A DNA stretch of 64,000 nt from the NCBI GenBank assembly GCA_951406725.2, contig OX597824.1, positions 76,756,001 to 76,820,000 of the forward strand, read 5' to 3'. The notes below the pieces were generated by a model. It was not told where the DNA came from, made no database searches, and worked only from the letters and a program-made list of their open reading frames with translations. A program made the position numbers and the translations under genes. Below, piece after piece: positions 1 through 14,452 of the stretch. Every line of letters starts with the position of its first letter. Positions within the stretch are counted from its first letter, which is position 1. This DNA is from Octopus vulgaris. Its lineage: Eukaryota.

Positions 1-938
1 AATAGGGAGGATATTGCAATATGTCATAATTCAGGCTTTGCAACTTTTGGACCGTAGCTTGACGAGTGTGAGGACGTGCATTGTCATTGAGCAGAATTGG
101 GCAATCTCTAATCACTAATCTGGGTTTCTTCTTTTTCAAATTCTCATGCATGAAATCAATTTCCTGGCAATATGTTGCTGTTTTTCCTTGTTGCAAAAAT
201 GAATACACTTTTTCTTTCTCAGACCACCATACAGTGATCATAAGCTTTTTAGGGTGCAATGGTGGGTTTTGGCAGTGTTTAGGTGACTTTCCCGCATCTA
301 ATCGCTGTCCTTTTCTCCTGCTGTTGTTAAAAAGTATCCATTTCTCATCACAAGTAATGATTTGATGCAAAAACGGTCTTTTTCCAATCGAGAAAGCAAT
401 AAGGAGCACACGTCGAGGCGTCTGTTTTTTGAATCACGTTCTGTTGATGTAGAACAAACCTATCTGTTTTCTTGACTTTTCCAATTTTTTTACAGTTGTC
501 GAAAAACGGATGTGCGAGATGTTTGGAGTTCTAATGAAAGTTTTAGAACATTTTTTCTCGGATTTTGTGCATTTAATATATCATGCCGAATAATTGATTT
601 AGGCCTACCCCTTGGTTTATTTTCAAGGCTATTATCTGAACGAGAGCTTTGGAAATATCTCTAAACAGTTCTGAAGTCAACAAAACCAGTACCAAAGGTC
701 CGCTTGATATTCCGTAGTGCATCTGCGGCACAGTAACCCAGTTTGTACTCATACGAGAAAATCACTCAACATAGTTTGGTTGTTATCATTTTCGTAAGGT
801 CTGTGGGTACGGATTTAGTATACCAATATTATTGGGAAGGAAAAAGAGTCAAGTTTAAAGACAACGTATACATACTTGAGTTTTTAAATGACTGAAAGGA
901 CAATTACAAATTGGACATTTCATGTGACACAACCAAAT
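1..938 (-). mobile_element. Degenerate mariner (Tc1/mariner) element: transposase pseudogene plus 5' TIR, truncated by the window edge
   Basis: Minus-strand translation gives mariner motifs PILLNDNARPHTRQATVQKLQSLNYDILQYPPY (1-100), PFLHQIITCDEKWILFN (~320-375) and N-terminal YEYKLGYCAADALRNIKRTFG (~695-760), with frameshifts. TIR-like TATTTGGTTGTGTCACATGAAATGTCC at ~912-938. Confidence 0.85.
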
Positions 939-939
939 A

Positions 940-957
940 TATTTATATTCATATATG

Positions 958-1012
<55 letters not shown>

Positions 1013-1013
1013 A

Positions 1014-1078
<65 letters not shown>
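940..1078. repeat. (TA)n/(TG)n microsatellite
   Basis: Direct reading. Confidence 0.95.
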
Positions 1079-1080
<2 letters not shown>

Positions 1081-1348
1081 CAAGATGGGTGCTGAAAAGT
1101 TCCTGACTTTGGGTAAAAGAAAATACAGAAGGATCAGTAGATTATATTATTATTCAAGGTGGTGCTATTAAGTTAGACATGGCCTGGGCCAATAATGGCC
1201 GAAACCTATCAAAGTATCAAAGTATTCCCCTCTCAGATTCACACACTTATTGCAGCAATCCTTCATTCTTTCCGAGTCCTGTGAAAGAAATCGGGAGGAT
1301 GGGTCTCCAGCAGAGCCTTTTGCAATACCCTTAAAGCCAAGGACTTTA
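1078..1348 (-). mobile_element. Short non-autonomous mariner derivative
   Basis: Left end GGGTGCTGAAAAGTTCCTGACTTT with an imperfect inverted copy AAAGCCAAGGACTTT near 1333-1347. Internal minus-strand NKCVNLRGEY resembles the mariner C-terminus. Confidence 0.6.
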
Positions 1349-2329
1349 TATATATATATAGTGACTATATTTATATTGAATTGATTTTACTGTTATCAGT
1401 TTGAAAATATAGCCACGAAACACGTGTAGTCTTTTTACCAATTATATTCTATTCATTTATTATTTTGTACTTTACTTAATTATTGGTATATGTTTTATCG
1501 TATATTTAATTTTTTTCTATATGGTTTGATCTAATTATATCATTGTTGAACTGCTACATGGTGGTTCTTCTCTAATTCATATATCTATATATATATATGA
1601 CGGGTTTTTTCCTCCCACATATCGGTTGCAATAGAAACAATCACCTAAGGTTAACACTAAAACTAGGCGAGCAGTTAGATCATTTTACTTAAGTATCCGG
1701 TTTGGGGTAAACATCTTTCCTCCCCCGCCCCCTCGCATATTAGGAGTCTCTGGGGCCTGACAAAGAAATAGACATAGGAGCTGATCTTCACTCTTGAAAA
1801 AAATTAACACTGTTAGCTCCATGAGATGCTTCATAGAAGGATCGAAAACGATGTAATAAATATGACAAGTAAGAAATCTAATATTTCGAGCATTCCTTAC
1901 CCTGCATCAAGAGAATAAAGGCATATCGAAATGATAGTTCTTCCAATCTCTATATAAACTGAACTCATCAAACTCTTCAACTTTTCTCTGATTTCTTTTA
2001 AGAAGAAATTGTTGCCATAGTACACTTATCATTGTTTTCTCGGATTCTGAAGGTTAGCCAACTTTTTATATTAGATTTAGCCACAAACACTACTATCAGT
2101 GCTACAAAAACAACACTGCCTCCGGCACCACCAGCTCCATCAGCACCATGACCACTACTGTCAGCAGTAGCAGAATCAGCAACAGTTGTATTAGCAGTTA
2201 CAGCATCTGAAGTTGCACTGTCGCCATATCTACTAAATAATAGGAGCAAAGGTAATAACAACACCATCCGTTCCAGTATTGCTATTAGAGACACAGAGCC
2301 AACATCATTAACCAACGCCGCCTGAAAGC

Positions 2330-2501
2330 AACTACAACACAATAGCACTACCATCACCGCCACCACCAGCACCATCATCACCACCACCACCACCACCACC
2401 ACCACCACCACCACAACTACAACAACCACTACCACCATCATCACCACCACCACCACCAACAACAACAACAACTACTACTACTACTACTGCTACTACTACT
2501 G

Positions 2502-2532
<31 letters not shown>

Positions 2533-2554
2533 CACTACTACTACCACCACCACC

Positions 2555-2610
<56 letters not shown>

Positions 2611-2632
2611 CACTACTACCACCACCACCACC

Positions 2633-2721
<89 letters not shown>

Positions 2722-2740
2722 CGCCACCACCACCACCACC

Positions 2741-2790
<50 letters not shown>

Positions 2791-2812
2791 CACCACCACC
2801 ACCACCACCACC

Positions 2813-2885
<73 letters not shown>

Positions 2886-2902
2886 ATAATAATAATAATA
2901 AT
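2330..2902. repeat. Compound (ACC)n/(ACT)n/(AAT)n trinucleotide array
   Basis: Direct reading; explains the poly-Val ORFs. Confidence 0.95.
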
Positions 2903-3101
2903 ACAGTAAAAACAGCAAGTACTAATGTAAGACCCTGTTGAGAGTTGCTACAAACATTACTAAATCACTTAGCTGAAAGAGCAGCGTCACCACTATCACC
3001 ATTACCACAACCACCGCGACCACCACAACCATTACTCCCAACCCACAACTACCACCACCAACACGACTTCCACCACCACAACTTCTACTACAGTTACTAC
3101 A

Positions 3102-3155
<54 letters not shown>

Positions 3156-3203
3156 ACTACTACTGCTACTACTATTTTTACAGTAACACCTAGTACACAT
3201 AAC

Positions 3204-3243
<40 letters not shown>

Positions 3244-3270
3244 CACACACCATACATACATACACACATG

Positions 3271-3309
<39 letters not shown>

Positions 3310-3458
3310 CGCACACCATACATATATACATACATACACACACACACATACATATACATAAATATACATAACATCATATGTTAAATCTAGCAGAACATTT
3401 TGATACCAACTCACATACTTGTGCATGCATATATGCATATAATACATAAGATATAATA

Positions 3459-3499
<41 letters not shown>

Positions 3500-3569
3500 G
3501 TAGCTATATATAAAAATATACGTGTGTATGTGTGTTATATATATATATAAATATATATATGTATATATG

Positions 3570-3600
<31 letters not shown>

Positions 3601-3914
3601 GTATGTATATGCATGTATGTATGTATGTAAGTACGTATCATATGTCTGTAGGCAAGATGACACATATTCAACGATATTCAAAGAATAGATGGATATATAC
3701 TAATTAGACTTACCGATGCCATGCCTTCCAGACCATCCGATATTTGGAGTGTAATAAGAGATATTAACAATAAGTAATTCTCCACTGCAGTACTGAGATT
3801 CTACTCTCGTTGTTTCGGGGGTGCAACGGTTTTTTTTAAAAATATTTTTTTTATTTAAGTGTCTTTAGAGTTTTTGTCTTTTTTGTTTCTTTTGAAAGGA
3901 ATGTAATCATGCGT

Positions 3915-4265
3915 TGTATGTATGTATGTATGCATGCATGTATGCATGTATGTATGTATGTATGTATGTATGTATGTATGTATGTATGGATGTATGTATG
4001 TATGTATGTATGTATGTATGTATGTATGTATGTATGTATGTATGTATGTGTGTGTATGTATGTATGTATGTATGTATGTGTATGTATGTATGTATGTATG
4101 TATGTATGTATGTATGTATGTATGTATGTATGTATGTATGTATGTATGTATGTATGTATGTATGTATGTATGTATGTATGTATGTATGTATGTATGTATG
4201 TATGTATGTATGTATGTATGTATGTATGAATGTATGTATGTATGTATGTATGTATGTATGTATGT
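3915..4265. repeat. (TATG)n tetranucleotide microsatellite, followed by degenerate TA/CA tracts to ~5000
   Basis: Direct reading. Confidence 0.95.
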
Positions 4266-4765
4266 ACTTGTATATACATGCACATGCATATATGAGTGTG
4301 TATATATGCATACTTGCATTTATATATACATGCACATGTGCATTCATACACACATATATATTACACACACACACACACACAGACACACACACACATACAC
4401 ACACACATATATATATATATAATGGATATTTGTATGCTTATGTGTCAGAAATGCAATACCCACACATGTACATATACATGCGCATACAATACTTACATAC
4501 GTACATGCATACATGTATATATATATATACGTATACATATATGCATATATATATATATATATATATATACGCATACATATATATATATATATATACATAT
4601 ACGCATATATAGACATATACATATATATAAATATATATAACATGTCCATATATAAATACATTTATGGATGTATACATACATATATATATACAAACATACT
4701 TACTGCATATATATATATAAATATGTATATGTATATATATATATACATATACACATATATATGCT

Positions 4766-4819
<54 letters not shown>

Positions 4820-4886
4820 CATATCCATATATATATATATGTATATTTACATTTATATATATATGTATATATATGTATATATATGC

Positions 4887-4917
<31 letters not shown>

Positions 4918-5159
4918 TATATATATGTATATTTACATATATATATATACATACATATATGTATGTATATGTATGTATGTATGTATATGTATATATTTTA
5001 ATATTGATATGATTATTATCATTATCAATCTGCAACAGTTACAGAGTCCCGCAAGGGCTGACAGTAACGCACATCAGCACTTGACAGAATGATAAGTACC
5101 ATTGCACGAAACTTTAGCTTTTAAGTGACTCTGTATCTCTCGGCGAGTAATAAGAATGA

Positions 5160-5320
<161 letters not shown>

Positions 5321-5347
5321 TACACACAGAGACGTACGTATGTACAC

Positions 5348-5397
<50 letters not shown>

Positions 5398-5398
5398 T

Positions 5399-5438
<40 letters not shown>

Positions 5439-5713
5439 ATGCCTGGAAGATGTCATAATCCAAGATAAATCCCATTCAAGTAATACTGTATTACTTTTTA
5501 ATCTTTTTCTTACGAATTAATGATATGTAATCCCGTATATGTCTTCCACATGTATATATATATTATAAATTTATATCATCTTCATAACGTTATTATTAGC
5601 ATTAATATCTATATTCGTAACGTATTTCCAATTGTGTAGTAAAACATGTGTTTCACAGAATTTAAAATATATACCAAATTTTTCAGTTTTTTGCCTTAAC
5701 CACCTCCCCGTGT

Positions 5714-5750
<37 letters not shown>

Positions 5751-6253
5751 TGTTTGTGTGTGTGAGTGTGCTCTGTGTATTAAGATTGAAGGACCAAGAA
5801 AATTGCTTCATAAACACATGGCCTCACGTTGCTATAATCTTAGGCCGAAGCAAGCTTATTATGCCGAGCTGAATACACAACCTGATTGTTCCTGCGATTT
5901 AAACATCCACTATTTTCACATTCTACCCAAGAATTATGCAAAATGGCGACAAATCTGTTGAATATTTGGTCATTTATCAGCAAACCTTTAAGTGTTTAGT
6001 TTCGAAGAGACACAAAAAGTACGAACATTTTTCTATGAGTTAAAATAAAAGAAAAGATAACGTGGCTCATGAAAAAAACATATGTACCAATACCAGAGTG
6101 GATTAAAGGCATTATGCAAAACAAGGAAGAATGTTGAAAGAATTTTAGACCTTCAAGATGTTAGCTTTCAGACGATTTTTCTCTAATCGATCAATTGAAG
6201 AATCTGAAGCATGAACGCTCCCAGAACACATATCAGAAGAGCTGTAAGATTAT

Positions 6254-6637
6254 GGAAGCACTCCGTCGGTTACGACGACGAGGGGTTCCGGTTGATCCGA
6301 ATCAACGGAACAGCCTGCTCGTGAAATTAACGCGTAAGTGACTGAGCACTCCACAGACACGTGTACCCTTAACGTAGTTCTCGGAGATATTCAGCGTGAC
6401 ACAGAGAGTGACAAGGCCGGCCCCTTGAAATACAGGTACAACAGAAACAGGAAGTAAGAGTGAGAGAAAGTTGTGGTGAAAGAGTACAGCAGAGATCACC
6501 ACCATCCCTTGCCGGAGCCTCGTTGAGCTTTAGGTGTTTTCGCTCAATAAACACTCACAACGCCCGGTCTGGGAATCGAAACCGCGATCCTATGACCGCG
6601 AGTCCGCTGCCCTAACCACTGGGCCATTGCGCCTCCA
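6254..6637 (-). mobile_element. tRNA-derived SINE, group A, full length
   Basis: Minus-strand head GGAGGCGCAATGGCCCAGTGGTTAGG...GGTTTCGATTCC with Pol III A/B boxes. Near-identical copies at 16510 and 21385. TSD CTGT(A/G)AGATTAT at 6242-6253 and 6638-6649. Confidence 0.92.
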
Positions 6638-7149
6638 CTGTGAGATTATAGTGCACGGATAAATGTATGAAGCCCATTATTCGCGCTTTTTGTTTATATA
6701 ATCTCACACATACACACACATACGAATGTATTTATATCTTTTTTTTTTATTCGTTTCAGTCTTTAGTCGCACGAATCGATCTTAGAACTTAGTTTCTTTT
6801 TAAGCCTGGTATTTATTGTATCCGTTTCCCTTTGCTGAACCGCTAGTAATTGTATTAAGATTGTAGAAATTGACAAACCAACACCATGAAGAAATTTACA
6901 AACCAACGCCATGTAGAAATTTATAAACCAACGCCATTATCAAGCGCTGGATGAAGAGAAACACAAAGGTACATGCATATAGATGCATAATAGATACATA
7001 GTGTTGTACAGTGGTACTAAGCCCACTTTAGCTCTTAAGTGACTCTTACTAAGTGACTCTATACTAAACCGAAGACCACATAGTAAGGAAGCAAGCTTAT
7101 TACCACAAAGCCTGTGCTTATATATGTATGTATCTATACATACACACAT

Positions 7150-7151
7150 AC

Positions 7152-7186
<35 letters not shown>

Positions 7187-7312
7187 TGTATGTATGTATG
7201 TATGTATGTATGTATGTATGTATGTATAGGCAGGCAGGTAGGTAGGTAGATAGGTAGGTAGGTAGGTAGGTAGGTAGGTAGGTAGGTAGGTAGGTAGGTA
7301 GGTAGGTAGGTA
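7150..7312. repeat. (TATG)n then (TAGG)n microsatellite
   Basis: Direct reading. Confidence 0.95.
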
Positions 7313-7367
7313 TAGTAGTTGCTTTCTGGTAAACGAGCAAAGCCATTGTTAAAAAGAATCATTGAAA

Positions 7368-8125
7368 TTAGTCATTCATGATGCAATGTGAAGTCTTAAT
7401 ATGGCTCTTGAGTCCGGTCAATGATTTGCACATTCTATCGCATAATGCACAGTTATGCTGGCTGACGGCGGAATAGGTGTCACTGTATGAAGTCTTTTGA
7501 TATACCTTTTCAGTCCCCCATCTAACGGTACACTTTCCCACAGGTTGCACAAGTTTTGTTGTGAACTATAGCCACATCACAATTTACAAGGGGTTCATTC
7601 CAGCGAGTACTTTGATGGCTGACAAGTCTGAATGATTCAAGCATTTCTTTCCACAAATCACAGAAATAAAAAACAACACTCACTCATTTCTCAACAGGTT
7701 CATTCCTTTCTCTTAATCTTCTCCACCATCATTTTCTCTCTTTCAAACTTGGAACAACCCCTGTGCACTCTTCCTCCATTTACCTCGGTCCTGTGCCTCC
7801 CTCTCTCAATCAGCAATTGAAACTCCAGTCTGTGTCAGAGCAACCCTGAGGCAATCATCGAACCTCATTTTGGGTTTATGTGCTGGCTCACCATACAAAA
7901 ATTTGGCTCCAGTTCACCATACAAAGTTGCTTAGGAAGTCTTTCATTATTCATTCTCACCAGATGCCCACCCCACCTCACACGACTTTGAAGAATCATCG
8001 ATTCTACACTCCTGTTACCACTTCTCTTGGGTACCTCCATATCGCTGATCACCATTTTCCAATTTATCCCAAGAATTTTCTTAAGACAATATTTATATCA
8101 TTCCAAATACCTTAAATCCCTACGA
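7368..8125 (-). mobile_element. RTE-clade LINE 3' fragment (degenerate)
   Basis: Minus strand encodes YCLKKILGINWK, SVESMILQSRVRWGGHLVRMNNERLPKQL/YGEL and a terminal C2H2 CALCDRMCKSLTGLKSHIKTSH, typical of the C-terminal region of RTE/BovB-like ORFs. Confidence 0.8.
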
Positions 8126-9668
8126 TAAACAACCCATGCCTCATTTACACATATACGCACTCACACACACTAACACATAAGCACATATATAAAATAAATA
8201 GATATAGGCTCATACACATGCACATGGATGCATGCACGTAACTAAGTTTTAAAAAATTACTGTAACAACATGCAATAATTAAAAAGGAGTATAATAATTT
8301 AAATGAAATACTTTCTGCGATATTACCGGTTGAGACTGGCACTTTATGATTCTCTTGAGAACAACTCTTAAATTGTGTTTGAGTGCAACTGAGCGCACCA
8401 TTTAGCATTTTTTGAGACCTGTGATGATGAAAGATAATATTATATTCAGGATATTTTTTTTATAAATTTGGATATAATGTCTCAGTTTTATTTTTTATGG
8501 GCAATCTATCTTTGGCATGCAGGATATATTTGAACCTAACTGATTATGAGTCGTTACAATTTTTTGTGCGAAAGCGTCCCATCAATGCTGCATAATTTTG
8601 CATATTAACTATTTGTTTTGAGTTTTGGAGAACGGGGAATCTTTGATAATCTTCGACATGTGCCTTTTCGTTATCGTTTAGAATAAATTATTTATTCAAA
8701 TCTGTTTTCGTTGTGTTGTGTTTAGTCTTTTTGTGATTTTTTTCTCTATTTTACCTTTCGAATTTTCCTCTTTAGTTATTTCTTCCTCATCGCACGATGA
8801 ATGTGTGATTCTACAAGCTATTACTGTTGAGAGAAGCGGGTGTGTACTCGTATTTTTAATCCTGGACCAAAAGATATTTCATTCACTTCCCCAACTAAGC
8901 GCTGGTTGTTGATACCTTGGAAGCTGGGATATGTTGCTCTTGTGTTTGCTACTCCGCTTCATTATTTTTGCTTCCCGTATGTTTGCCTAGTTTTACCTGT
9001 TCATCGGGGTTTTCAGCTCTAGGGTGCATTTTACTCCCACAAATATAACAATCAGTCTACCAAATGTAATCAATCACATATCTTCCTCCTGGGTACAGTT
9101 CACGAATTGTTATGTGAACTTCAGAAATCATCAGGGTTTGCAAGTCTATTCTGATGTCCGCTGACCAAAAGTCATTTTGCTTTAAACCTGCTTCGACCAC
9201 TTAACCATAATTCAACAGAAAATTACAATTAATCAATAGTCAGCACCAACTCAAATGTTTTTAATGCAATTCTTGTTTCTTTGACCTATGAACTAGTGCA
9301 CAAATGTATATTCTGAGGTATGGCTCACAATTTCCTGCTTGTGTGATGGCTGCCTTTTCAGTTTTAACGACATAGCAAATAGCCATGGAAGATTTGTGTT
9401 ATCTGATGTAACAAAAAACTTTAGAGCTCTTCCAGGTTTTCGTAGACGAAGGGTTTTAATTTTTCTTTTCATCTTCTCTTAGATTAGTTGTTCTCAACCC
9501 TTTATTGCCTATGGGTCCTTTTGATTCTATATTACTCAGAGAAGGGTCCTATATAGCCATTCCATGTTTAAAACAGCCTATTATACTTTTATACTTAAAT
9601 ATCATTAGGAATTGTATACAAAAATTGTTAAAATATTTTCCGTACTGTAGAAATATAACCAAATTATT

Positions 9669-9896
9669 CTTTTAGTCTTTTACTTGTTTTTTCAGTCATT
9701 TGACCGCGGCCATGCTGGAGCACCGCCTTTAGTCAAGCAAATCGACCCCAGGACTTATTCTTTGTAAGCCTAGTACTTATTCTATCGGTCTCTCTTGCCG
9801 AACCGCTAAGTTACGGAGACGTAAACACACCAGCATCGGTCGTCAAGCGATGTTGGGGGGACAAACACAAACACAAACACACAAAGATATACATAC

Positions 9897-9950
<54 letters not shown>

Positions 9951-10097
9951 GAAGGGCTTCTTTTAGTTTCCGTCTACCATATCCACTCACAAGGCTTTGG
10001 TCGGCCCGAAGATATAGTAGAAAACACTTGCCCAAGGTACCACGCATGGGACTGAATCCGGAATCATGTGGTTGGTAAGCATGCTACTTACCACACA
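9669..10097 (-). mobile_element. SINE group B with internal microsatellite
   Basis: Matches copies at 11802 and 57295; internal (TA)n/(CATA)n tract. Confidence 0.9.
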
Positions 10098-10789
10098 TTA
10101 ACCACTGCACCTATTAAAAAATGAGGAACAGCCTTAATCGATTTCCGAACCTTATAGGCTTCTTATCAGAAACGTCTACATCATTTTGAGATTCGGAAAT
10201 TTTTGCTCCTTCATCAGCACCCATCTAACTCATTAATCACCCACGAACCCCATCTTGTATCTTGTTTGTTTACATCTGACATCTCGGATAAGAAACATCG
10301 TAACAAAATCAGTGCTGGCTACAATTTCTACAGAAAATCTATAGAGACGGCAATATCGCGTGATTAAAGTGCACTGCTAGCACAGTAGTACATGATATTG
10401 ACTTATAAAAACGTTTAATATACTTCGTAACATATTATGGCGGCATAACAAAATATCATGTGCCTGTAAATCATTAATATTTAGATATGTGTTTTGCGTT
10501 TTAGTTTAACCACAGTATTGCTTTTGCGTATGGCAAAATTTTAAACGGTAGCCATATTGGTTGCAAAAATGGTAGTGTGTGTAAATCGTATTTCAGAAGT
10601 TTATAGAACAAAGCTACTTATTGTTTTTCCTTTGTCTACCCCAGGGTATCGAGGAGAAACCCTGCTTTATACAAATTATATTTAATTTTTAATATAACTC
10701 TAAACAAAAATTCCATTTGGAAATACTTGAGTTGATCCAGTTTTGAAAAGAAAAAAAAACATCTTAAAATAGGTCTTCCCACTATCTAT

Positions 10790-11343
<554 letters not shown>

Positions 11344-11801
11344 GGCCAACAAATGAAAAGTATAAAATCTGATGCAAATCAATATTGCCTAAGGGATGTA
11401 TATGAGTGTTGCTATATAATGACAATGAAAGAGAAGAGGAATTGGAGAAAATGAGACAAAGAGAAGCAAGGAGAGTAAGACAGAGGCAGAGATAAAGAGA
11501 GTGACAGAAGGGGTGTAAGACGGAGTAAAAAGTAAGTAAGGCTGAGAGAAAGAGAGTTGAAAGGAAAACGGAACGTGGAAAGAGAAAAACAGGTAACTTA
11601 AATACCAAACAAAAGAATGAAGTGTGAGAGCATGTAACACTGAACGTAAAATGGGACTCTTACACAGATATATAGAATTGTCTATATATATACATACTTA
11701 CACTGATAGATATAAGCAGACACACACATACACATACTCATGTGCAGCTGCACATGTACACACATAAATGTATATATGTATACTTAACATATATATATAT
11801 A

Positions 11802-12284
11802 GGCGTAGGAGTGGCTGTGTGGTAAGTAGCTTGTTTACCAACCACATGGTTCTGGATTCAGTCCCACTGCGTGGCACCGTGAGCAAGTGTCTTCTACTTT
11901 AGCCTCGGGTCGACCAAAGCCTTGTGAGTAAATTTGGTCGACGAAAACTGAAAGAAGCCCGTCGTATATATATATATATATATATAATATATATATATAA
12001 TATATAATGTATATATATATATATATATAATAAATATATATATATATATATTGTGGGTGTGTGTGTATATGTTTGTAGCTCTGTGTTTGTTCCCCCTAAC
12101 ATCGCTCGACAACCGATGCTGGTGTGTTTACGTAGCCGTAACTTAGCGGTTCGGCAAAAGAGACCGATAGGATAAGTACTAGGCTTACAAAGAATAAGTC
12201 CTGGGGTCGATTTGCTCGACTAAAGGCGGTGCTCCAGCATGGCCATAGTCAAATGACTGAAACAAGTAAAAGAGTAAAAGAGTA
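11802..12284 (+). mobile_element. SINE group B, full length
   Basis: Head GGCGTAGGAGTGGCTGTGTGGTAAG...GATTCAGTCCC, internal (TA)n, tail GGCGGTGCTCCAGCATGGCC...ACAAGTAAAAGAG. Confidence 0.9.
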
Positions 12285-12293
12285 CATATATAC

Positions 12294-12558
12294 TGGAAAG
12301 TTACTGGAAAAACCATAAATAAGGATTTGCAAACCTCCCTTGATTGCCGTACGCCGAAGACAGGTAAATACCTAGAAACTGCAGTCCGTGCGTATCACTT
12401 AGGTTGACGAGAGAGGGATGACCTCCCTTTGCAAATACTATAAGAGCACAGAAAGTGTGCCTAAAGCCAGCTGGAGACGATGATCTCCTGGGGCTACAAG
12501 CTACAGTAACACCCACACTTAGTGGTTAGCCATATTGAGAGGGCTAGCATACCTTACA
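12294..12558 (-). mobile_element. Diverged single arm of the foldback element at 56783-57230
   Basis: Shares CCCTTTGCAAATACT, GCACAGAAAG, GCCAGCTGGAG and GCTACAA.CTACAGTA with the 57050-57230 arm; ends in ACA. Confidence 0.7.
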
Positions 12559-12560
12559 TA

Positions 12561-12599
<39 letters not shown>

Positions 12600-12988
12600 G
12601 TGTGTGCGTGTGTATTCGTGTGTACAAACGTAAAGGTATGAATATTTTGTGTGTACAAGTATTTGCAAAGGTGTGTGTGTGTTTGTATACATATTGTTTG
12701 TCATAACTGTTTACTTCATATCTTCATTTTAATCCGTATTCACATATTAAGACACCTGTCTGCTGCGTTAACTCTACCAAAGGTGTTAATAACAACCGGA
12801 TTTCTCCCGCCATATCAATCGGAAGATTCATAAATTATTCAGTTACCCTGAATGTATGTGTTGCAAATTGATTCTCAGTTGCCGTCAGTTTCTGCATCCC
12901 TGTTTTCTACAATATACCTTGGGAATAAATATACATGATTCTGGATAGAATGGCAAATAACAAAGTGCAAATACATATGCACGTAAAC

Positions 12989-13039
<51 letters not shown>

Positions 13040-13045
<6 letters not shown>

Positions 13046-13229
13046 CCTATTGATCAAATTTTTTTCCTTTCCCTTTTTTTCCTCCCCCCCTTTTTTATCC
13101 CCCCTTTTTTGTCCTCTTTCTTTCCATTTACGATCCCTTTTGATCGAAAACCAAACCCCCTTCTTTTACCCCCAAAAGAAAAGCTCTACCTTGTAATTTT
13201 GTCCTGTCTGTGTGGCTAATAAAGAAACA
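13040..13229 (+). mobile_element. 5'-truncated 3' UTR of the Tx1-like LINE
   Basis: Matches 14155-14360 (ATCCCTATTGATCAA...AAAGCTCTACCTTGTAATTT...GTGGCTAATAAAGAAACA); (TATC)n on both sides. Confidence 0.9.
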
Positions 13230-13270
<41 letters not shown>

Positions 13271-13271
<1 letters not shown>

Positions 13272-14360
13272 GAGTGTCGCGTTGCTCTCAAGCAACTCTG
13301 CCGTCCTGGGTCGACCTTAAGTGACTTCAACACAACCAAAGCATTCTATAGGGGTTTAGTGGAGGGGAGGTACGACGACGAGCTCGGGGCGAACCTGGAC
13401 GTCGACGAGGAGTACCTGACCCGCCTGTTCAGGACGACCTTCGGGCCAGGGCCCATGGACAACTTCCAGAGATCCCTGGCCTGGCAGTGCTACCGAGAAG
13501 CGCTACCCGTTCGGGATAAGCTCTACAGACACGGCTCGAGAAACACGGGGCCGACCTGCCCGAGATGCGGTCAGAGCGACGAAACCGTTCTGCACGCACT
13601 CGTTCAGTGTCCAACAATTTCCGACCTGTGGGCTTATGTCGAACAACTGCTGTCACGTGTGGGACGAGTCGGTTTATCAGCTGAGTCTATCGTCAATATT
13701 GTCACGCCTCCTTCCTTCAAACGGGAAGGAAGAGCTATTTTCATCATCCTTGTGGCTATGGCGAAAGAATGTATCTGGTGGACGCGTCTGAAAGGATTGG
13801 AGACAAACACTTTCCTCTCTGGTCAATCTCTCATCAACTTCTTCAAGTACCACTTGAAAAGGAAAGTGAGAGTAGAGAGGCAAGTTTTGTCTAGCGAATG
13901 TTTTAAAAAAAGATGGGTGAATGTAGCAAGAATGGCACGTATGAATGACGAAGCCACCTTGAGCATAGTCCTATGAACCCAGAAATCGAAAACAGAGAGT
14001 TGCTTATTTGCAAAAAAAAAAAAAAAAAAAAAGAAATATAAAATGTGACTTCATTGACCGAGGTTACCGTGGTCTTTTCCGTAGGCTTTTCTTTCCACGG
14101 GTAAACCTCACCTGTCCTCCCCTTTACACTTCATATTGACATTTCTGTGATAACGATCCCTATTGATCAATTTTTTTTCGTCTCCCCCTTTTTTTTAACC
14201 CCCTTTTTTTGTCCTCTTTCTCTCCTTTTACGATCCCTTTGATCGAAACTCCCCCTTCCTTTTTTTTTTTTTTTTTTTTTTTTTTAAACCTTCAAAAGAA
14301 AAGCTCTACCTTGTAATTTGTTCTATCTGTGTGCAGCCCTGTGTGGCTAATAAAGAAACA
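13271..14360 (+). mobile_element. 5'-truncated Tx1/L1-clade non-LTR retrotransposon (ORF2 C-terminus plus 3' UTR)
   Basis: Uninterrupted reading frame to 13976 with a zf-RVT-type zinc knuckle; 3' UTR ends AATAAAGAAACA, followed directly by (TATC)n. Confidence 0.88.
13272..13976 (+). pseudogene. ORF2 C-terminal fragment, zf-RVT CCHC domain (no true start codon)
   Basis: RSLAWQCYREALPVRDKLYRHG...CPRCGQSDETVLHALVQCPTISDLW...AKECIWWTR. The first ~20 aa of the listed ORF are the upstream 3' UTR copy and TATC repeat. Confidence 0.85.
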
Positions 14361-14396
<36 letters not shown>

Positions 14397-14418
14397 CATC
14401 TATCTGTCTCTCTCTTCT

Positions 14419-14452
<34 letters not shown>

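Noticed and set aside
1998-2471. 157-aa minus-strand ORF
   Set aside because: Built from decayed trinucleotide repeat flanking the ACC/ACT array.
5930-6240. Possible decayed DNA transposase N-terminus
   Set aside because: Resemblance needs several frameshifts; too weak to call.
6302-6554. Recurrent ORFs MFIERKHLKL... and MVVISAVLF...
   Set aside because: They recur only because they lie inside group A SINE copies.
6560-6637. SINE heads as tRNA genes
   Set aside because: A/B boxes are present but there is no complete cloverleaf, and they are always fused to SINE bodies with TSDs.
8250-9480. Possible decayed DNA transposon (piggyBac-like)
   Set aside because: No convincing motif or TIR pair could be read.
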